39,388 bases of DNA, from assembly GCF_004010195.1 (NCBI RefSeq), contig NC_057720.1:10726652-10766039 (forward strand), given 5' to 3'. Shown here in pieces: positions 1-13,423 of this stretch (the first letter of the stretch is position 1; every line of letters starts with the position of its first letter). The notes under the pieces were generated by a model. That model was not told where the DNA came from and searched no databases. It saw only the letters and a program-made list of their open reading frames with translations. This DNA comes from Chiloscyllium plagiosum. Its lineage: Eukaryota. A program made the translations under genes and the position numbers.

Positions 1-830
1 GTGCTGAACATTGTGTAATCATGGGAAAACATCCCCACTTCTGATCTTGTGATGGAAGCAAGACAATTGATGAAGCAGCTGAAGATTGTTGGACTGAGGA
101 CACTATACCAAGGAACTCCTGTAGAGATGTCCTGGAGCTGAGAGGACTGACCTCCAACAACTACAACCATCTTCAGATATGACTCCAACCAGCAGAGAGT
201 TTGCCCCCTGATACCTACTGATTCCAGTTTTGCTAAGGCTCCTTGAAACCACACTCGGTCATGTACAGCTTTGTTGTTATGAACTATCACTGTCCCCTCC
301 CTTCTAGAATTCAACTCTTTTGTCCATGTGTGAACTAAGGCTGAGAGGAGGTCAGGAGCTGAGTGGCCCTGGCAGAACCCAAACTAGGCATCACTGAGCA
401 GGCTGTTGCTGAGTAGGTGCTGCTCAATAGCACTGTTGATGACACTTCCATTATTTTGCTGATGATTGAGAGTAAATTGTTGGAGATGCAATTGACTAGG
501 ATGGATTTGTTCTGCTTTTTTTGAGTATAAAACATACCCGGGCAATTTTCCATCTTGTTGGGTAGATGCCGGTGCTGTAGCTGTACTGGAACAGCTTGGC
601 TAGGGGAGCAGCACGTTCTGGAGCAAAGTCTTCAGTACTATTTCCAGAATGTAGTCAGGTCCCATAGCCTTTGCAGTATCCAGTGTCTCCAACCATTCCT
701 TGCTATCATGTGGAGTGAATCAAATTGGCTGAAGACTGGTATCTGTGATCCTGGAGACCACTGGACGAGGCTGAGATGGATCATCCACTCAGCACGTCTG
801 GCTGAAGATTGTTGCAAGAGCTTCGGCCTT
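1..830 (-). mobile_element. Degenerate CR1/L2-group LINE ORF2 (RT) fragment
   Basis: Minus-strand translation gives 'LLSIISKIME' (NYRPISLLSIISKVME-like) in ORF 335..553 and 'RSEVGMFSHDYTMF' (decayed FADD motif) at about 5-50. Frameshifted; right boundary approximate. Confidence 0.75.
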
Positions 831-1477
831 GTCTTATACACTATTGTGAACATAGAGTTGGAATTGAAAGCATTTCTTTGTGACAAAGCAGTAAAGATGA
901 AGTACATGAGATGCTTAAACTCAGGTGACCTTTCTGTGATTTCCACACTGTCCATTTCACTATTTACAGCTATGGGTATCATGTGGTGTGTTATTACCTA
1001 AATTATGTCTGCCTTTTTAGTTATTCTGGACAATGTCACCTCCAGTTTACCTGCCAATCAATCAACATGGTTTTTTAATTTCCCTTAAGGACTGTTTGAG
1101 CCAACTCTACCACTTACAGGAAATGCTTTGTCATGTCCAGTGCAATGTCTTATGTGCAGTGCAGAACCTGGTGTTCTTCTTCCCTTCTGTTGCATTAATA
1201 CCATTTCTAAATCCTCATTGCTTCGATTTCTAATCTAAACCCAGACCCATGAGAGCCCAAACTTTGTTACAAGTCAATGGCTATCACTTTGGAAATAGAA
1301 TCCTACTATTCCCAGAGACATCACAAAAGTTAAATTGCGCACAATTTCCCAATGTACCTGATTTACAGATCCAGGTTGACAGAAAATTTGGACCAGGTTT
1401 ATTTACTGAACAAAAATTACTATTTACTACAAGTAATTAGACTGTAGCTACTTAAACAGTTATAGACTGCCTGCATA

Positions 1478-1520
1478 TAACACGCACATGCGTGCGCGTG
1501 CACACACACACACACACACA
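1478..1520. repeat. (CA)n/alternating purine-pyrimidine microsatellite
   Basis: acacgcacatgcgtgcgcgtgcacacacacacacacacacaca. Confidence 0.85.
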
Positions 1521-2554
1521 AGAACGCATGTGGACAGTGGGAAGATAGTTCACTCGACTTTGTTCATAATTCCTGTTGAATTGTTTTTTTGTTGAAATTG
1601 ATTCCTGGCATTTCTTTTCTAACTACTTCCACAGTTTGAAAAGGCACAGGGTGCCTTTTTGCTTGGGAAATGTTTCTAATTTATCAGTCCTCCGTAATGT
1701 AAAAATAGATGTGTTGATCATTTGGTTACATGGTCAATACTGTTTCTAGATAACGCACCCATCTTTCGAAGAACCAGCTGGGGACAATGCAGCCTCAATA
1801 TAAACTGGAGACATGAGATATCACCAGGAAGGAAGGAATATCACCAAAAATAATCAGTCAATCCAAGCAGTGAGAAGGGGCTTAATTTGTCCAGAACTGC
1901 AAAGATTTGTCTCCATAGAAACTTAACCACAACTCTTTGAGGAACCCAGAAACTTTCAAGCATCAGTTTTATTTTTCAAGAATGTAAGAGAAAGCTGACC
2001 AGACATTTTGCCTGCTGATGTCATGTGATTGGTTGTCAGGTAACGACGAGCTTGGGTCTGAGAACAAGATACAAAGACGGGTTTTGACTTGAACCAGCAC
2101 ATGAGCTGTCTCTCTGTTCTCTTCAGTCAAAACTACCTTTAAACCTGAAGAAAAGCAGTTAATTTCTTCTTCACCAATTGGAGTAAGCTGTGATATAATT
2201 GGTAAATTAAAGACACATGATCATATTACCCAATCATATCATTAAATGCTCACATGTCCCAGCTGCAAGTTCATGTGTAAGATTATAGAAAAATCTGTAT
2301 ACATAATCTCTATCCTCCCCACCCCCGGTCCCGACCCCTGACAAACTGAACTTGACCATTTGATTGTACAGCAAGTTTACAGACAGATTCAGAAGCAAAG
2401 TCAATGGGTAGCTTGGTTTCTACAGCCTAATTAACTATCCTAGCATTACATTTATTCTTGTGTGTAAGCTGTCAATACACATAAAGCAAAGTGAAATAAA
2501 TAAATAAAGGAACAGTATATTGCAATAATATTTAATATAGGAAACATTTATATT

Positions 2555-2887
2555 GGGGCGGCACGTGGCTCAGTGGTTAGCACTGCTGCCTCACAGTGCT
2601 AGGGACCTGGGTTCGATTTCCTCCTCGGGCAACTACCTGTGTGGAGTTTGCACATTCTCCCATGTCTGCGTGGGTTTCCTCTGGGTGTTCTGGTTTCCTC
2701 CCACAATCCAAAGATGTGCAGGTTAGACGACTTGGCCATACTAAGTTGCCCATGGTTTTAGGTGCATTAGTCATGATTAAATATAGGGTAGGGGAATGAG
2801 TCTGGGTGGGTTACTCTTCGAAGGTTCGGTGTGGACTTGTTGGGCTGAAGGGCCTGTTTCCATACTGTAGGTAATCTAATCTAATCT
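2555..2887 (+). mobile_element. HE1-type V-SINE (tRNA-derived), full length
   Basis: A box TGGCTCAGTGG, B box GGTTCGATTTC, V-domain (GTGTGGAGTTTGCACATTCTCCC...GGTTTCCTCCCACA), CR1-like tail ending (TAATC)n. Confidence 0.92.
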
Positions 2888-3038
2888 CAAAATTGTCCAG
2901 TTACTTCAATTTAAATAGCATAAATCTGCCATGTTTCATATCAGCAAAAGTATTCTGGAAAGAGAAAACCTAAAACTTCACTTCAATTGTGTTTCATCTG
3001 CTTTCCAAAACCAGATGCTGCAACATTTTCTTATCAAC

Positions 3039-3102
3039 TGAATGGCGGTGCAGGCTCGAAGGGCTGAATGGCCTACTCCTGCACCTATTGTCTATTGTCT
3101 AT
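3039..3102 (+). mobile_element. CR1 LINE 3' terminal fragment
   Basis: GAATGGCGGTGCAGGCTCGAAGGGCTGAATGGCCTACTCCTGCACCT followed by a (ATTGTCT)-type tail. Confidence 0.75.
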
Positions 3103-3264
3103 GTTTTCCCTTGATATTTCACCCGATCTTCCACTGACTCTGTAAAGTGAAAAGTTACTGTGTGCAGCAGCATTAAAAAAGTTGAAGACCTCTTTCACTT
3201 CTCATGTTGTTTTTAGTTATTCCCAAGGTTTCTTTACTCCAGTTTAGTTTTCTTTATGCCCTTA

Positions 3265-3992
3265 TGTTATGACACAGGATGAACCCCCCTGCTTAATTTA
3301 AACCAGCAACACAGAAAAGATTTATCCTGTGCAGTAATCTGTGAAAATTCGAGAGGCCAAGAATTATTTAAAGTAAAAATTAACAACTTTATTTATTAAA
3401 GTAGAATTGAGAATGATTAACTCTCAATTATTTACAACTCCTTCTCCTAACCTATCTTTTATCTTCCCCTTCCATAATACTAGTCCGATAACACAGCTCC
3501 CCCCACCCCACCCAAATGAAGACTTAACAAAAATTCAAATTTTCAAAACCAGCCAGTTGTCAAGTCTTCCATTTGGATCTTCTTGTGTCTTCTTTTCTTC
3601 TTCTTAGAGATTATGCTTCACAGGTCACAGATCGGCAAAGGTACCTTTAAGAGCTACTTTTCAGGCAGTCTTTACATGCTGGTAGAGTGGCAGTTCTCCT
3701 CCCAACTGTTCAATTTTCCCCAGTCTTGTACCCCCACAGTATCGGATTGTGGAATTGGCTTTTAAGATTGTCAATATACTAAATTTGAGTTTGATTGGAA
3801 TTTGATATTTTTGGGGGTATAATTTAAACTGATTGGCCTAATTCGAACCTGTTTTTGTCTCCAGGCAACCAGGTACATTAACTGCTGGACCACATGATAC
3901 ATTGTATCTTGTTGAGAACACTTGGTGCTGGCAGGTAGTTCTGCTAGCTTTTAACTTTCTTAAAGGTAGATTGTACCCACATCTTCATAACA
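3265..3992 (-). mobile_element. Solo LTR (Gypsy/Gmr1-type), 728 bp
   Basis: Termini TGTTATGA...TCATAACA (8-bp inverted repeat); perfect 4-bp TSD CTTA at 3261-3264 and 3993-3996. Strand inferred from resemblance of the ends to the LTR at 20227-20863. Confidence 0.85.
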
Positions 3993-4148
3993 CTTAGCAG
4001 TTTACTCCAATGATACTGCAGCTGGTGACTTCAGTGGGGTCAATTATATATTTGTGAGGGAAAATAGTTGCTAAAAGGACTGTCATTGATGTTTAGAGCC
4101 TTTCATGCCTTTGTCCATAATATTCCACATCTGACAGCTTATTGACTT

Positions 4149-4277
4149 GGAAACCCAAGCAGACATGGAGAGAATGTACAAACTCCCATACAGATAGTCA
4201 CTCAAGGGTGGAATTGAATCTGGGTCCCTAGTCCTGTGAGGCAGCAGTGCTAATCAGTGAACTAATGTGACACCCCC
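4149..4277 (-). mobile_element. HE1-type SINE 5' fragment, diverged
   Basis: Reverse complement of the tRNA head plus start of V-domain (GGAATTGAATCTGGGTCCCT...GTGAGGCAGCAGTGCTAA). Confidence 0.75.
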
Positions 4278-4520
4278 TTCTCTGAACCTCTTTCAATGCA
4301 TTAGCACACTTCTATAAGTACAGTGACGAGTACTGTTCACAATACTCCAGATACAATCTCATCAATGCTCTGTAACGCCTCCCTACATTTGCATTCAATT
4401 CCCATTGAAATGAAACATTATATTCGATGAGCTTTCCTAATGACTTGCTTTAACCTGCATGGAAACTTCTGTAATGATTGCACTGGGAAATTCAGATTCT
4501 GCTGCATCTCAGAGGTCTGC
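4278..4520 (-). mobile_element. Old CR1 LINE ORF2 C-terminal fragment
   Basis: Resembles the reverse complement of the 'LEYCVQFWSP..RKD..ALE.VQR' region seen in other CR1 copies here. Confidence 0.55.
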
Positions 4521-4787
4521 GAAATCTCACAATCCTTCTGTTTTCTCCTTGTAGCATAACATGTATGAGTGGGTTGATTAAAAATATTGACAATCATTTC
4601 TGACTGCTTTTCCTTAGCACTATTAGTCTGTTTTATTGAGGTTGCTAATCAATAAAACAACCATTCCCGCTTTTCAGCCATCCTATCTTTCCAAAAGACC
4701 TAAATGGACATTTAATTCCCAGTTCTGGCCAGTTAGTAGTCATGTTTCAATAATGGCCATTGTTTCATATTGCATGTGAACTGGATT

Positions 4788-6880
4788 TAGAACATAGAAT
4801 ACAGAACTTTACAGCGCAGTACAGGTCCTCAGCCCTCGATGTTGTGCCAACTTGCAAAATTAATCTGATGCCCATCTAACCTACCCCGTTCCATTATTAT
4901 CCACATGCATGTCCAATGCCCGCTTAAATGCCCTCAATGTAAGTGAGTCCACTACTGTTGTAGGCAGAAGAAACTATCCTTAATATCTGTCCTAAATTTA
5001 TCACCCCTCAATGTAAAGTTATGTCCCCTTGTGCGAGCCATCACTATCCGAGGAAAAAGGCTCTCACTGTCCACCCTACGATTATCTTATATCTCTCGAT
5101 TAAGTCACCTCTCAATCTTCTTCTATCCAACAAAAACAGCCTAAAGTCCCTGAGCCTTTCCTCATAAGACTTTCCTTCCATAGCAGGCAACATCCGAGTA
5201 AATCTCCTCCAAACACTTTCCAAAGCTTCCACATCCTTCCTATAGTGCAGTGACCAGAACTGCATGCAATACTCCACGTGCGGCCTTACCAGTGTTTTGT
5301 ACAGCTGAAGCAAGTGGCTCCAAAATTCAATCCCCCTACCAATAAACGGCAACAAATCATACGCCTTCTGAACAACCCTCTGTCCCTCTGTCCCTCTGTA
5401 ACCCACCACATCATTCGGCACTATCCACAGCTCTGCCTACCTTTGTGTCATCTGCAAATTTACTAACCCATCCTTCTTCGCTTACCTCCAAATCATTTAT
5501 AAAAATGACAAACAGCACTGGTCCCAAAATAGATCCTTGCAGCACACCACTGGTAACTGAGCTCCAGGATGAGCATTTCCCATCAACCACCACCCTCTGT
5601 CTTCTTTCAGCTAGCCAATTTCTGATCCAGACTGTTAAATCATCTTCAATCCCGAAATTCTTTATTTTGTGCAACAGCCTACCATGTGGAACCTTACTGA
5701 AGTCCATATACACCACATCAACTGCCTTACCTTCATCCATCTGTTTTGTCACCTTCTCAAAGAACTCAGTGAAGCATGGCCTACCCTTCACAAAACCATG
5801 TTGACTATCCTTAATCAAGCTATTCCTTTCCAGCTGATTATAAATCTTATCACTTATAACCTTTTCCAATACCTTACCCACAACCAAAGTAAGGCTCACT
5901 TGCCTATAATTACCAGGGTTGTCCTGACTCACCTTCTTAAACAAGGGAACAACAATTGCTATCCTCCAGTCTTCTGGCAGTACTCCTGTCGACAATAATA
6001 ACACAAAGATCAAAGCCAAAGGCTCTGAAATCCCCACCCTGGCTTCCCAGAGAATCCAAGGATAACTCCCATCCAGCCCAGGATTCTTATCTATTTTCGG
6101 ATCTTCCAAAATTGCTAAAAATCCCTCTTTGTCAACCTCAATCCCATCCAATCTTGTAGCCTGTATCTCCTTAGTCTCACTAACATTGCCCTTTTCAAAT
6201 GTGAATACTGATGAAAAGAATTCACTAAGCACTTCCCCTATGTCCTCAGATTGCACACACAGCTTTCCACTACTATCTTTGATTGGCCCTAATCTTACTC
6301 TCGTCATTCTTTTATTCCTGAGATACCTATCGAAGGCCGTAGGGTTTTCCTTGATCCTGTCCACCAATACCTTCTCATGTCCCCTCCTGGATCTTCTTAG
6401 CTCTCTCTTTAGACCTTTTCTGGCTAACTTGTAATTCTCAAACCCCTAACTGAGCCTTCACACCTCATCCTCACATAACCATCTTCTTCCTCTTGACAAG
6501 AGCTTCAACTTCTTTAGTAAACCACGGCTCCTGCGCTCAACAACTACCTCCCTGCCTGATAGGTATATACTTATCAAGGACCTGTAGTAGCTGTTCCTTG
6601 AATAAGCTCCACAGTTCAAGAGTGTCCATCCCCTACCATTTCCTTCCCCATCCTGTGCATCCTAAATCTTGCCTAATCACATCGTAATTGGCTTTTCCCC
6701 CAGTTATACCTGTTTCCCTGCAGTATATACTTATCCCTGCCCATTAATATTGTAAACATAACCAAATTATGGTCACTGTCGCCAAAGTGCTCACCTACTT
6801 CCAAATCTAACACCTGGCTGGGTTCATTCCCCAATACCAAATCCAATATGGCATCGTCCCTTGTTGTTAGCCTGTCTACA
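4788..6880 (-). mobile_element. HER1/CR1 LINE, 5'-truncated, degenerate ORF2 (EN end, RT, C-terminus, 3' UTR)
   Basis: ORF 5411..6367: [52 protein letters not shown] 5044..5421: LYKTLVRPHVEY, RRLRGDLIE. ORF 6673..6912: LDLVLGNEP...SDHN. Tail repeat at 4788-4808. Confidence 0.93.
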
Positions 6881-6964
6881 TAAGCCTTCCTCTGAGGCCA
6901 TTTAAACCTCAAAGGCCATCATTCTAAGGTAATCACTCGGAAATCCAATGGGGAGCTCTTCTAT

Positions 6965-7060
6965 TGCAGTGGTAGCATCCCGCCTCTGAGCCACGAGCCT
7001 TAGAATCAAGGGCCACGAGAAGTGTACAAAATACCTGAATAGGTTGATTAAAATAGTCAA
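6965..7060 (+). mobile_element. Short tRNA-derived repeat unit (same family as the array at 34300-34810)
   Basis: TGGTAGCATCCCGCCTCTGAGCC...GAATAGGTTGATTAAAATA matches the array unit. Confidence 0.55.
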
Positions 7061-7529
7061 CAGGCAATTTATCCAAAGGATAGTGTGAGTGTGGAACTCT
7101 TTACCACAGACAGTAACTACAGTGAGTTGTATCAATGGTTAAAGGTGGGGGGAGGGTTGCAGGTAAGCACATGAGGAGATGAGGAGCAAAGTGATTAAGT
7201 TAGATGGTGAGAGATGGAAGGAGTTCAAGTGGGCAAACAACCACATGGACTGGTTATACTCTTCCTGTGTTGCATTTTCTTTGCAATGCGATGTAATCCT
7301 TATGTACAGTGTGTAAAAATATGAAATCATTACGCTATTTTCAGCCAAATGAGATTGACACATCATTAGGAAGCTTTTTTGTCAAATGGTTGATTTGACA
7401 TGCTATAAAAATATATTCCCTGTTTATGCAGTGTAAAAGATTTTTGCCACACTTTAAGATGTCTCTAATGCAAACCGAATCCCATTCTAGTCAGTCAACA
7501 AAGGCATGTAAATTACACGCTGTTCATCC

Positions 7530-9673
7530 AGAATTGAGTTGAATTGAATTTATTGTCACGTGCACCAAGGCACAGTGAAAACCTTTGTCTTGTGAGCAAT
7601 ATAGGCAAATCACAGAGTTAAGTAGCATAGATTGTAAATAATAGGTAATCAGTGGCAAAAACAGAAACACAGGTACAGGCGAATGTTACGAGATTGTGAG
7701 TCCATTCAGTAGGGTAGAAACTGTTGCGAAACCGGCTGGTGCATGTGTTCAGGTTTCTGTACCTTCTCCCCGATGGCAGAGGTTGGAGAAAAAACATTGC
7801 CAGGGTGGGATGGATCTTTGAGAATTCTGGTGGCCTTTCCTTGACAGCGGGCCTGGTAGATGGATTCTATAAACGGGAGGTTAGCCTTTGGGATTGTCCA
7901 GGCCTAGTTCACCACTCTGTTTAATCGTCTCCGATCTTGAATGGTACAAGGGTATTCACCGTCATGCCAAATTTCCTCAGCTGCCTGAGAAAGAAGAGAC
8001 GTTGTTGAGCCTTTGTAACCAGTGCGTCCACGTGAAGAGTCCAAGAAAGCTTGTTGTGGATGACCACTCCCAGGAGCTGAACACTCTCCACTCGTTCCAT
8101 CTCTGTGCTGTTAATGTATAGGAGGGGCATGAGTAACATCCCGCCAAACGTCAATAATGAGTTCCTTGGTTTTGCCAGTATTGAGAGCTAGGATGTTCTC
8201 AGTGCACCATTTTTTCAGGTCTTCCACCTCCCGTCTGTAGTCTGTTTTGTCACCATCTGAGATTCGACCAACTGTGGTGGTGTCATCAGCAATTTATAAC
8301 TCTCAAGCTCCCTAACATCATCCTCACATAAGCCTTCTTGTGAACTTGTAAATGGTATTTGGTGACCCAGTCATGGGTGTACAGTGAGTACAGTAGGGGG
8401 CTGAGTACGCACCCTTGAGGTGCTCCAGTGTTGAGTATTAGTGATGATGAAATATTGTCCCCAATCTTCACGGATTGTGGCCTGTGGATCAGGAAACTAG
8501 GAATCCAGTTGCAGAGAGTAGGGCTTAGTCTGAGATCACTAAGTTTAGTAATCAGTCTCGAGGGGATAATAGTGCTGAAGGCTGAACTGTAGTCAATGTG
8601 TAGGATTCTTATGTAGCTGTTCTTGGTGCAAGATGTTTTAGGGAGGAGTGAAGGACAAGTGATCTGGCATTTGACGTGGATCTGTTGATCCGTTAGGCAA
8701 ATTAGAGTGGGTCAAGTGTAGTGGGTAGGCTGGAGTTGATTAATGCCATGACCAGCCTTTCAAAGCATTACATGACCACCAATGTTGGGCCACTGGGCAG
8801 TAGTCATTGTGACATGTTGCATGAGCCTCCTTAGGCACAGGGATGATGTTGGTCCTCTTGAAACAGACAGGGACAGTGACCTGCTGCAGGGAGAGGTTGA
8901 AGATGTTCAAGAAGACCTCTGCCAGTTGATCTGCGCATGCTCTGAGTGCACGGCCTGGTACTCTGTCTAGTCCCATCACTTTCCTTGCATTCACACAAAG
9001 GAAAACTGATCTGACCTATGATGCAGTGACTGCTGGGGCAGGTTCGTCATAACTTCTCAGAATAGGTGTTACCTCTCTGCTGAAATTCAGCCCAAGTGAG
9101 CATAGAAGGTGTTGACATGATCTGAGAGGGATCTTGCACTGCTATCTGCTATCATCTGCTATCTTGCACTGTTCTTTTTAGAACCTGCGATGTCATTCAA
9201 TCCTTGCCATAGTCACCAGGTGTCTGTCTGGGTTTTTGGTTTGGATCGGTATTGTCCTTTGCTGTCTTCATGACTCTGCGAAGGTCAGACTTGGATTCCT
9301 TGTATTTGAGTGGGTCTCCTGATCTGAAGGTCTCATGCTTGGTTTTTATCTGGATCTGTATGTCCTGATTCATTCAGGGTTTCCTGTTGGGGAATACCCG
9401 GATTGAATTCCTTGGCATGCAGTCCTCCACACACTTGCTGATAAAGTCTGTGACGGTGGTGACATACTCATCCAAGGTACCTGCAGACTGTTTGAAAATG
9501 GCCAAATTAGCCTATTCCAGACAGCACCAGAGTTGATCCTTTGCTTTCTCCAACCAGCACAGGACTCATATCCACGAGAGGGTCTCTTGCTTGAGCTTTT
9601 ACCTGTAAGCCAGGAGAAGAAACAAGGCATTGCGGTCAGAGTTCCTGAAATGAGGGCGGGAGATCGCCTTGTA
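7530..9673 (-). mobile_element. Rex1/Babar-clade LINE, 5'-truncated and degenerate
   Basis: Minus-strand peptides 'RALRACADQLAEVFLNIFNLSL...IIPVPK', '[21 protein letters not shown]', 'ERVESVQLLGV...KAQQRLFFLRQLRKF'; (TTCAA)n tail at about 7533-7550. Confidence 0.88.
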
Positions 9674-9848
9674 AGGAGATCTCAATTATCTGTAGGAATA
9701 ATAGGGTGGTTATAGTAAGGGATTTTAACTTGCCAAACATAGACAGGGATTGCCATAGTGTTAAGGATTTAGATGGAGAGGAAGTGTGTGCAAGAAAATT
9801 TCCTGATTCAGTATGTGGATGTACCAACTAGAGAAGGTGCAATACTTG

Positions 9849-10022
9849 TCGAAAGTGTGGTGCTGGAAAAGCACAGCAGATCAGGCAGCATCCAAGGAGC
9901 AGGAGAGACAACGTTTCGGAATCGTCGACTTTCTGCTCCTCAGACGCTGCCTGACCTACTGTGCTTTTCTAGCGCCACACTCTCGACTCTAATCTCCAGC
10001 ATCTGCAGTCCTCACTTTTGCA
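9849..10022. mobile_element. Short Penelope-like-element-derived insertion (two inverted pieces)
   Basis: 15-bp TSD AAGGTGCAA(T/A)ACTTG at 9834-9848 and 10023-10037; the two halves are inverted copies of the terminal sequence seen at 27606-27720. Confidence 0.8.
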
Positions 10023-11029
10023 AAGGTGCAAAACTTGACCTACTTTTGAGAAATAAGGTAGGGCAGGTGACTGAGCTGTCAGTGGGGAGCACTTTGGGGC
10101 CAGCAACCACAGTTCTATTCATTTTAAAATAGTGATGGAAAAGAACAGGCATGATCTAAAAGTTAAAGTTCTAAATTGCAGGAAGGTCAATTTTGACGGT
10201 ATTAGGCAAGATTTTTCAAAAGTTGATTTGGGGTGGATGTTCACAGGACAAGGAAAATGGGAAGCCTTCAAAAATGAGATAACATGAGTCCAGAGACAGT
10301 ATATTGGGGTGAAAGGGAAGGCTGGTATGTGTAGGCAATGCTAGATGACTAAAGAAATTGTGGTTTTGGTTAAGAAAAAGAAAGAAGCAAATATCAGGTA
10401 TCAGACAGGAGAGATTGGATGAATCCATAGAAGAGTATAAAGGCAGTAGGAGTATAACTAAGAGAGAAATCAGGAGGCAAAAAGGGGACATGAGGTAACT
10501 TTGGCAAATAGGGATAAGGAGAATCTAAGGGATTTTATAAGTACATTAAAGGCAACAGAGTAACTAGGGAGACATGAGGACTCCTCAAACATCAGCAAGA
10601 CGGCCTATTAATGGAACAGCAGGAGACGGGGGAGATACTAAAGGAGTATTTTCCATCAGTGTTTACTGTGGAGAAGGACATAGATGATGTAGAAAGTGGG
10701 TAAATAAATGGTGGCATCTTCAAAAATGTCCATATAACAGAGGAAGAGATGCTGGATGTCTTGAAATGCATAAAGGTGGATAAACCTGGACCTTATCAGG
10801 TGTCCCCTAGAACTCCATGAGAAGCTGGGGAAGTGACTGCTGGGCCCCTTGCTGAGATACTTGTATCATCGACTGTCACAGGTGAGGTGCCGAAAGACTG
10901 GAGATTGGCTAATGTGGTGTCACTATTTAAGAAAGGTGGTAAGGACAAGCCAGGGAACTATAGACCAGTGAGCCTGGCATCAGTGGTGGGCAAGTTGTTT
11001 GAGAGAATCCTGAGGGGTAGGATTTTCGT

Positions 11030-11347
11030 GGGTGGCACGGTGGCACAGTGGTTAGCACTGCTGCCTCACAGCGCCAGAGACCTGGGTTCAATTCCCGACT
11101 CAGGCGACTGACTATGTGGAGTTTGCACATTCTCCCCATGTCTGCGTGGGTTTCCTCCGGGTGCTCCGGTTTCCTCCCACAGTCCAAAGATGTGCGGGTC
11201 AGGTGAATTGGCCATGCTAAATTGCCCATAGTGTTAGGTTAAAGGGGTAAATGTAGGGGTATGGGTGGGTTGCGCTTCGGCGGGTCGGTGTGGACTTGTT
11301 GGGCCGAAGGGCCTGTTTCCACACTGTAAGTAATCTAATCTAATCTA
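11030..11347 (+). mobile_element. HE1-type V-SINE, young, inserted in CR1 ORF2
   Basis: A/B boxes, V-domain, (TAATC)n tail; CR1 sequence continues on both sides. Confidence 0.93.
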
Positions 11348-13109
11348 CATGCATTTGGAAAGGCAAGTCCTGATTAGGGATAATCAGCATGGCTTTGTAC
11401 ATGGGAAATCATGTATCACAAACTTGATTGAGTTTTTTGAAGAGGTAAGAAGAAGATTGATGAGGGCAGAGTCGTAGATGTGATCTATATGGACTTCAGT
11501 AAGGCCTTCAACTAGGTTCCTAATGGTAGATTGGTTAGCAAGGTTAGATCTCATGGAATACAGGGAGAACTAGCCATTTGGATACAAAACTGGCTTGAAG
11601 GTAGAAGACAGAGGATGGTGGTAGAGGGTTGTTTTTCAGAATGGAGGCCTGTGACCAGTGGGGTGCCACAAAGATCGGTGCTGGGTCCACAACTTTTCAT
11701 CATTTATATAAATGATTTGGGTGCGAACATTGGAAGTACAATTAGTAAGTTTGCAGATGACACCAAAATTGGAACTATACCAGACAGCGAAGAATATTAC
11801 CTCAGATTACAATGGGATCTTGATCAGATAGGCCAACGGACCAAGGAGTGGCAGATGGAGTTTAATTTAGATAAATGTTTTGGAAAAGCAAGTCAGGACA
11901 GAACATATACACATAATGGTAAAGTCTCAGGGAGTGGTGCTGAACAAAGAGACCTTGGAGTACAGGTTCATAGTTCCTTGGAAGTGGAGTTGCAGATGGA
12001 TAGGATAATGGAGAAGGCGTTTGGTATGCTTTCCTTTATTGGTCAGACCATTGAGTATAGGAATTGGTAGGTCATGTTGCAGCTGTACAGGACATTGGTT
12101 AGGCCACTTTTGGAATGTTGTGTGCAGCTCTGGTCTCCTTCCTATCGGGAGGATGTTGTGAAACTTGAAAGTGTTCAGAAAAGATTTACAAGGATGTTGC
12201 TAGGATTGGAGGATTTGAGCTACAGGGAGAGGTTGAATAGGCTGGGGCTGTTTTTCCTTGAGCATCGAAGGTTAAGAGGTGACCTAACAGAAGTTTATAA
12301 AATCATGGGGGCATGGAGTAAGTAAACAGACAAGGTCTCTTCCCTGGGGTGTGGGAGTCCAGAACTAGAGAGCATAGGTTTAGGGTGAGAGGGGAAAGAT
12401 TTAAAAGAGACCTAAGGGCTACCTTTTCATGCAGAGAGTGGTATGTGTATGGAATGAGCTGCCTGAGGAAGTGGTGGAGGTTGGTGCAATTGCAGCAGTC
12501 AAAAGGCATCTGGATGTCTATATGAATAGGAAGGGTTTAGAGGGATATGTGGCAAATGGGACTAGATTAATGTAGGATATCTGGTCGGCATGGACAAGTT
12601 GGACTGAAGGATCTGTTTCTATACTGGACATCTCTAAGACTCTGTAACTTTCTTCTTACCCTCACATTATTTTAATTGTGAAATGAAGATTTAAAAGAGC
12701 AATCCATAAGAAATGCCCAAGGTTAGAGTTAGGTATTTCAATACTTCACTTTCACCTGCACTTGTAAGTCAATTGCATTTCTGAAAAAAAAACACATGAA
12801 CGATTTTGTCTAGATGTGTGTATTGTGCAGGAATGATCTGCACGTTTCCATATGATCCCAAGTTAACAGCAAGAGAGAGGACAGTAGACAATCCACAACT
12901 AAAACAGTCAGATCTAGATAGGGCTTGTGACTGACCAATGATGATTAACTTACAAAAGGACAAATTGATACAGGTGAACTAAATGACTGATATGAAGAAA
13001 TACAGCTTCAAGGAAAAGTACTAACACCCTGTAAACAGTGAACATAACATGGACATTCAAGTGTGTAGCCCTTGGAAGAAGTAAGACTTGAATTTATGTT
13101 TAATGTTTC

Positions 13110-13420
13110 ACAATCTAAGGCCATGCCAAAGTAATTCACAACCAATAAAGTGTACGTTTATTTAAAACAATGCAGTCATGATTGTAATGGAAGAAATGTT
13201 GCCCAATATAACTCAAATGTGATCATGAAGAGGTAGTCTGTTTATTGTGATGTGGGTTTAAAGCCTAAATAATGGTCAGAACATCAGAGAAAACTCCCTT
13301 ATTTGACATCAAAAAATGTTTTGGGATCTGTTACATCCTGTTTCACCAAATAGAGCCCTGCGTTGATGCACCTTCTAAACGATTACATCACTGACAGTGC
13401 AGCCCCCCCCCCCCCCAGTA
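13110..13420 (-). mobile_element. Old DeuSINE-like (SacSINE1/AmnSINE-type) relic
   Basis: Diverged match to the recalled Deu-domain pattern (TAAATA.TGG.CAG.ACA.C.G.GA.AACTCCC...TGGGATCT.TTACATCC...TGACAGTGCAGC). Confidence 0.5.
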
Positions 13421-13423
13421 CCT

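Larger units (their letters stand above)
9669..12645 (+). mobile_element. HER1/CR1 LINE, 5'-truncated, interrupted by a PLE fragment and a SINE
   Basis: 'ENFLIQYVDVPTREGA', 'NYRPVSLASVVGK', 'GVPQRSVLGP...SKFADDTK', 'LYRTLVRPLLE...RRLRGDL', CR1 3' UTR; multiple stops and frameshifts. Confidence 0.93.

Noticed and set aside
1265..2343. Possible reverse-oriented LTR starting TGTTACA and ending CTGACA
   Set aside because: No clean TSD (ACTT vs AACT) and no second copy in the window.
2577..2799. Recurrent SINE ORFs ('CGRKPEHPEETHAD...', also at 10927, 17919, 21896, 30035)
   Set aside because: Translations of the non-coding HE1 V-domain, not genes.
12660..12780. Minus-strand exon-like segment with T-rich acceptor and GTAAG donor
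   Set aside because: Stops in all three frames; no partner exons.
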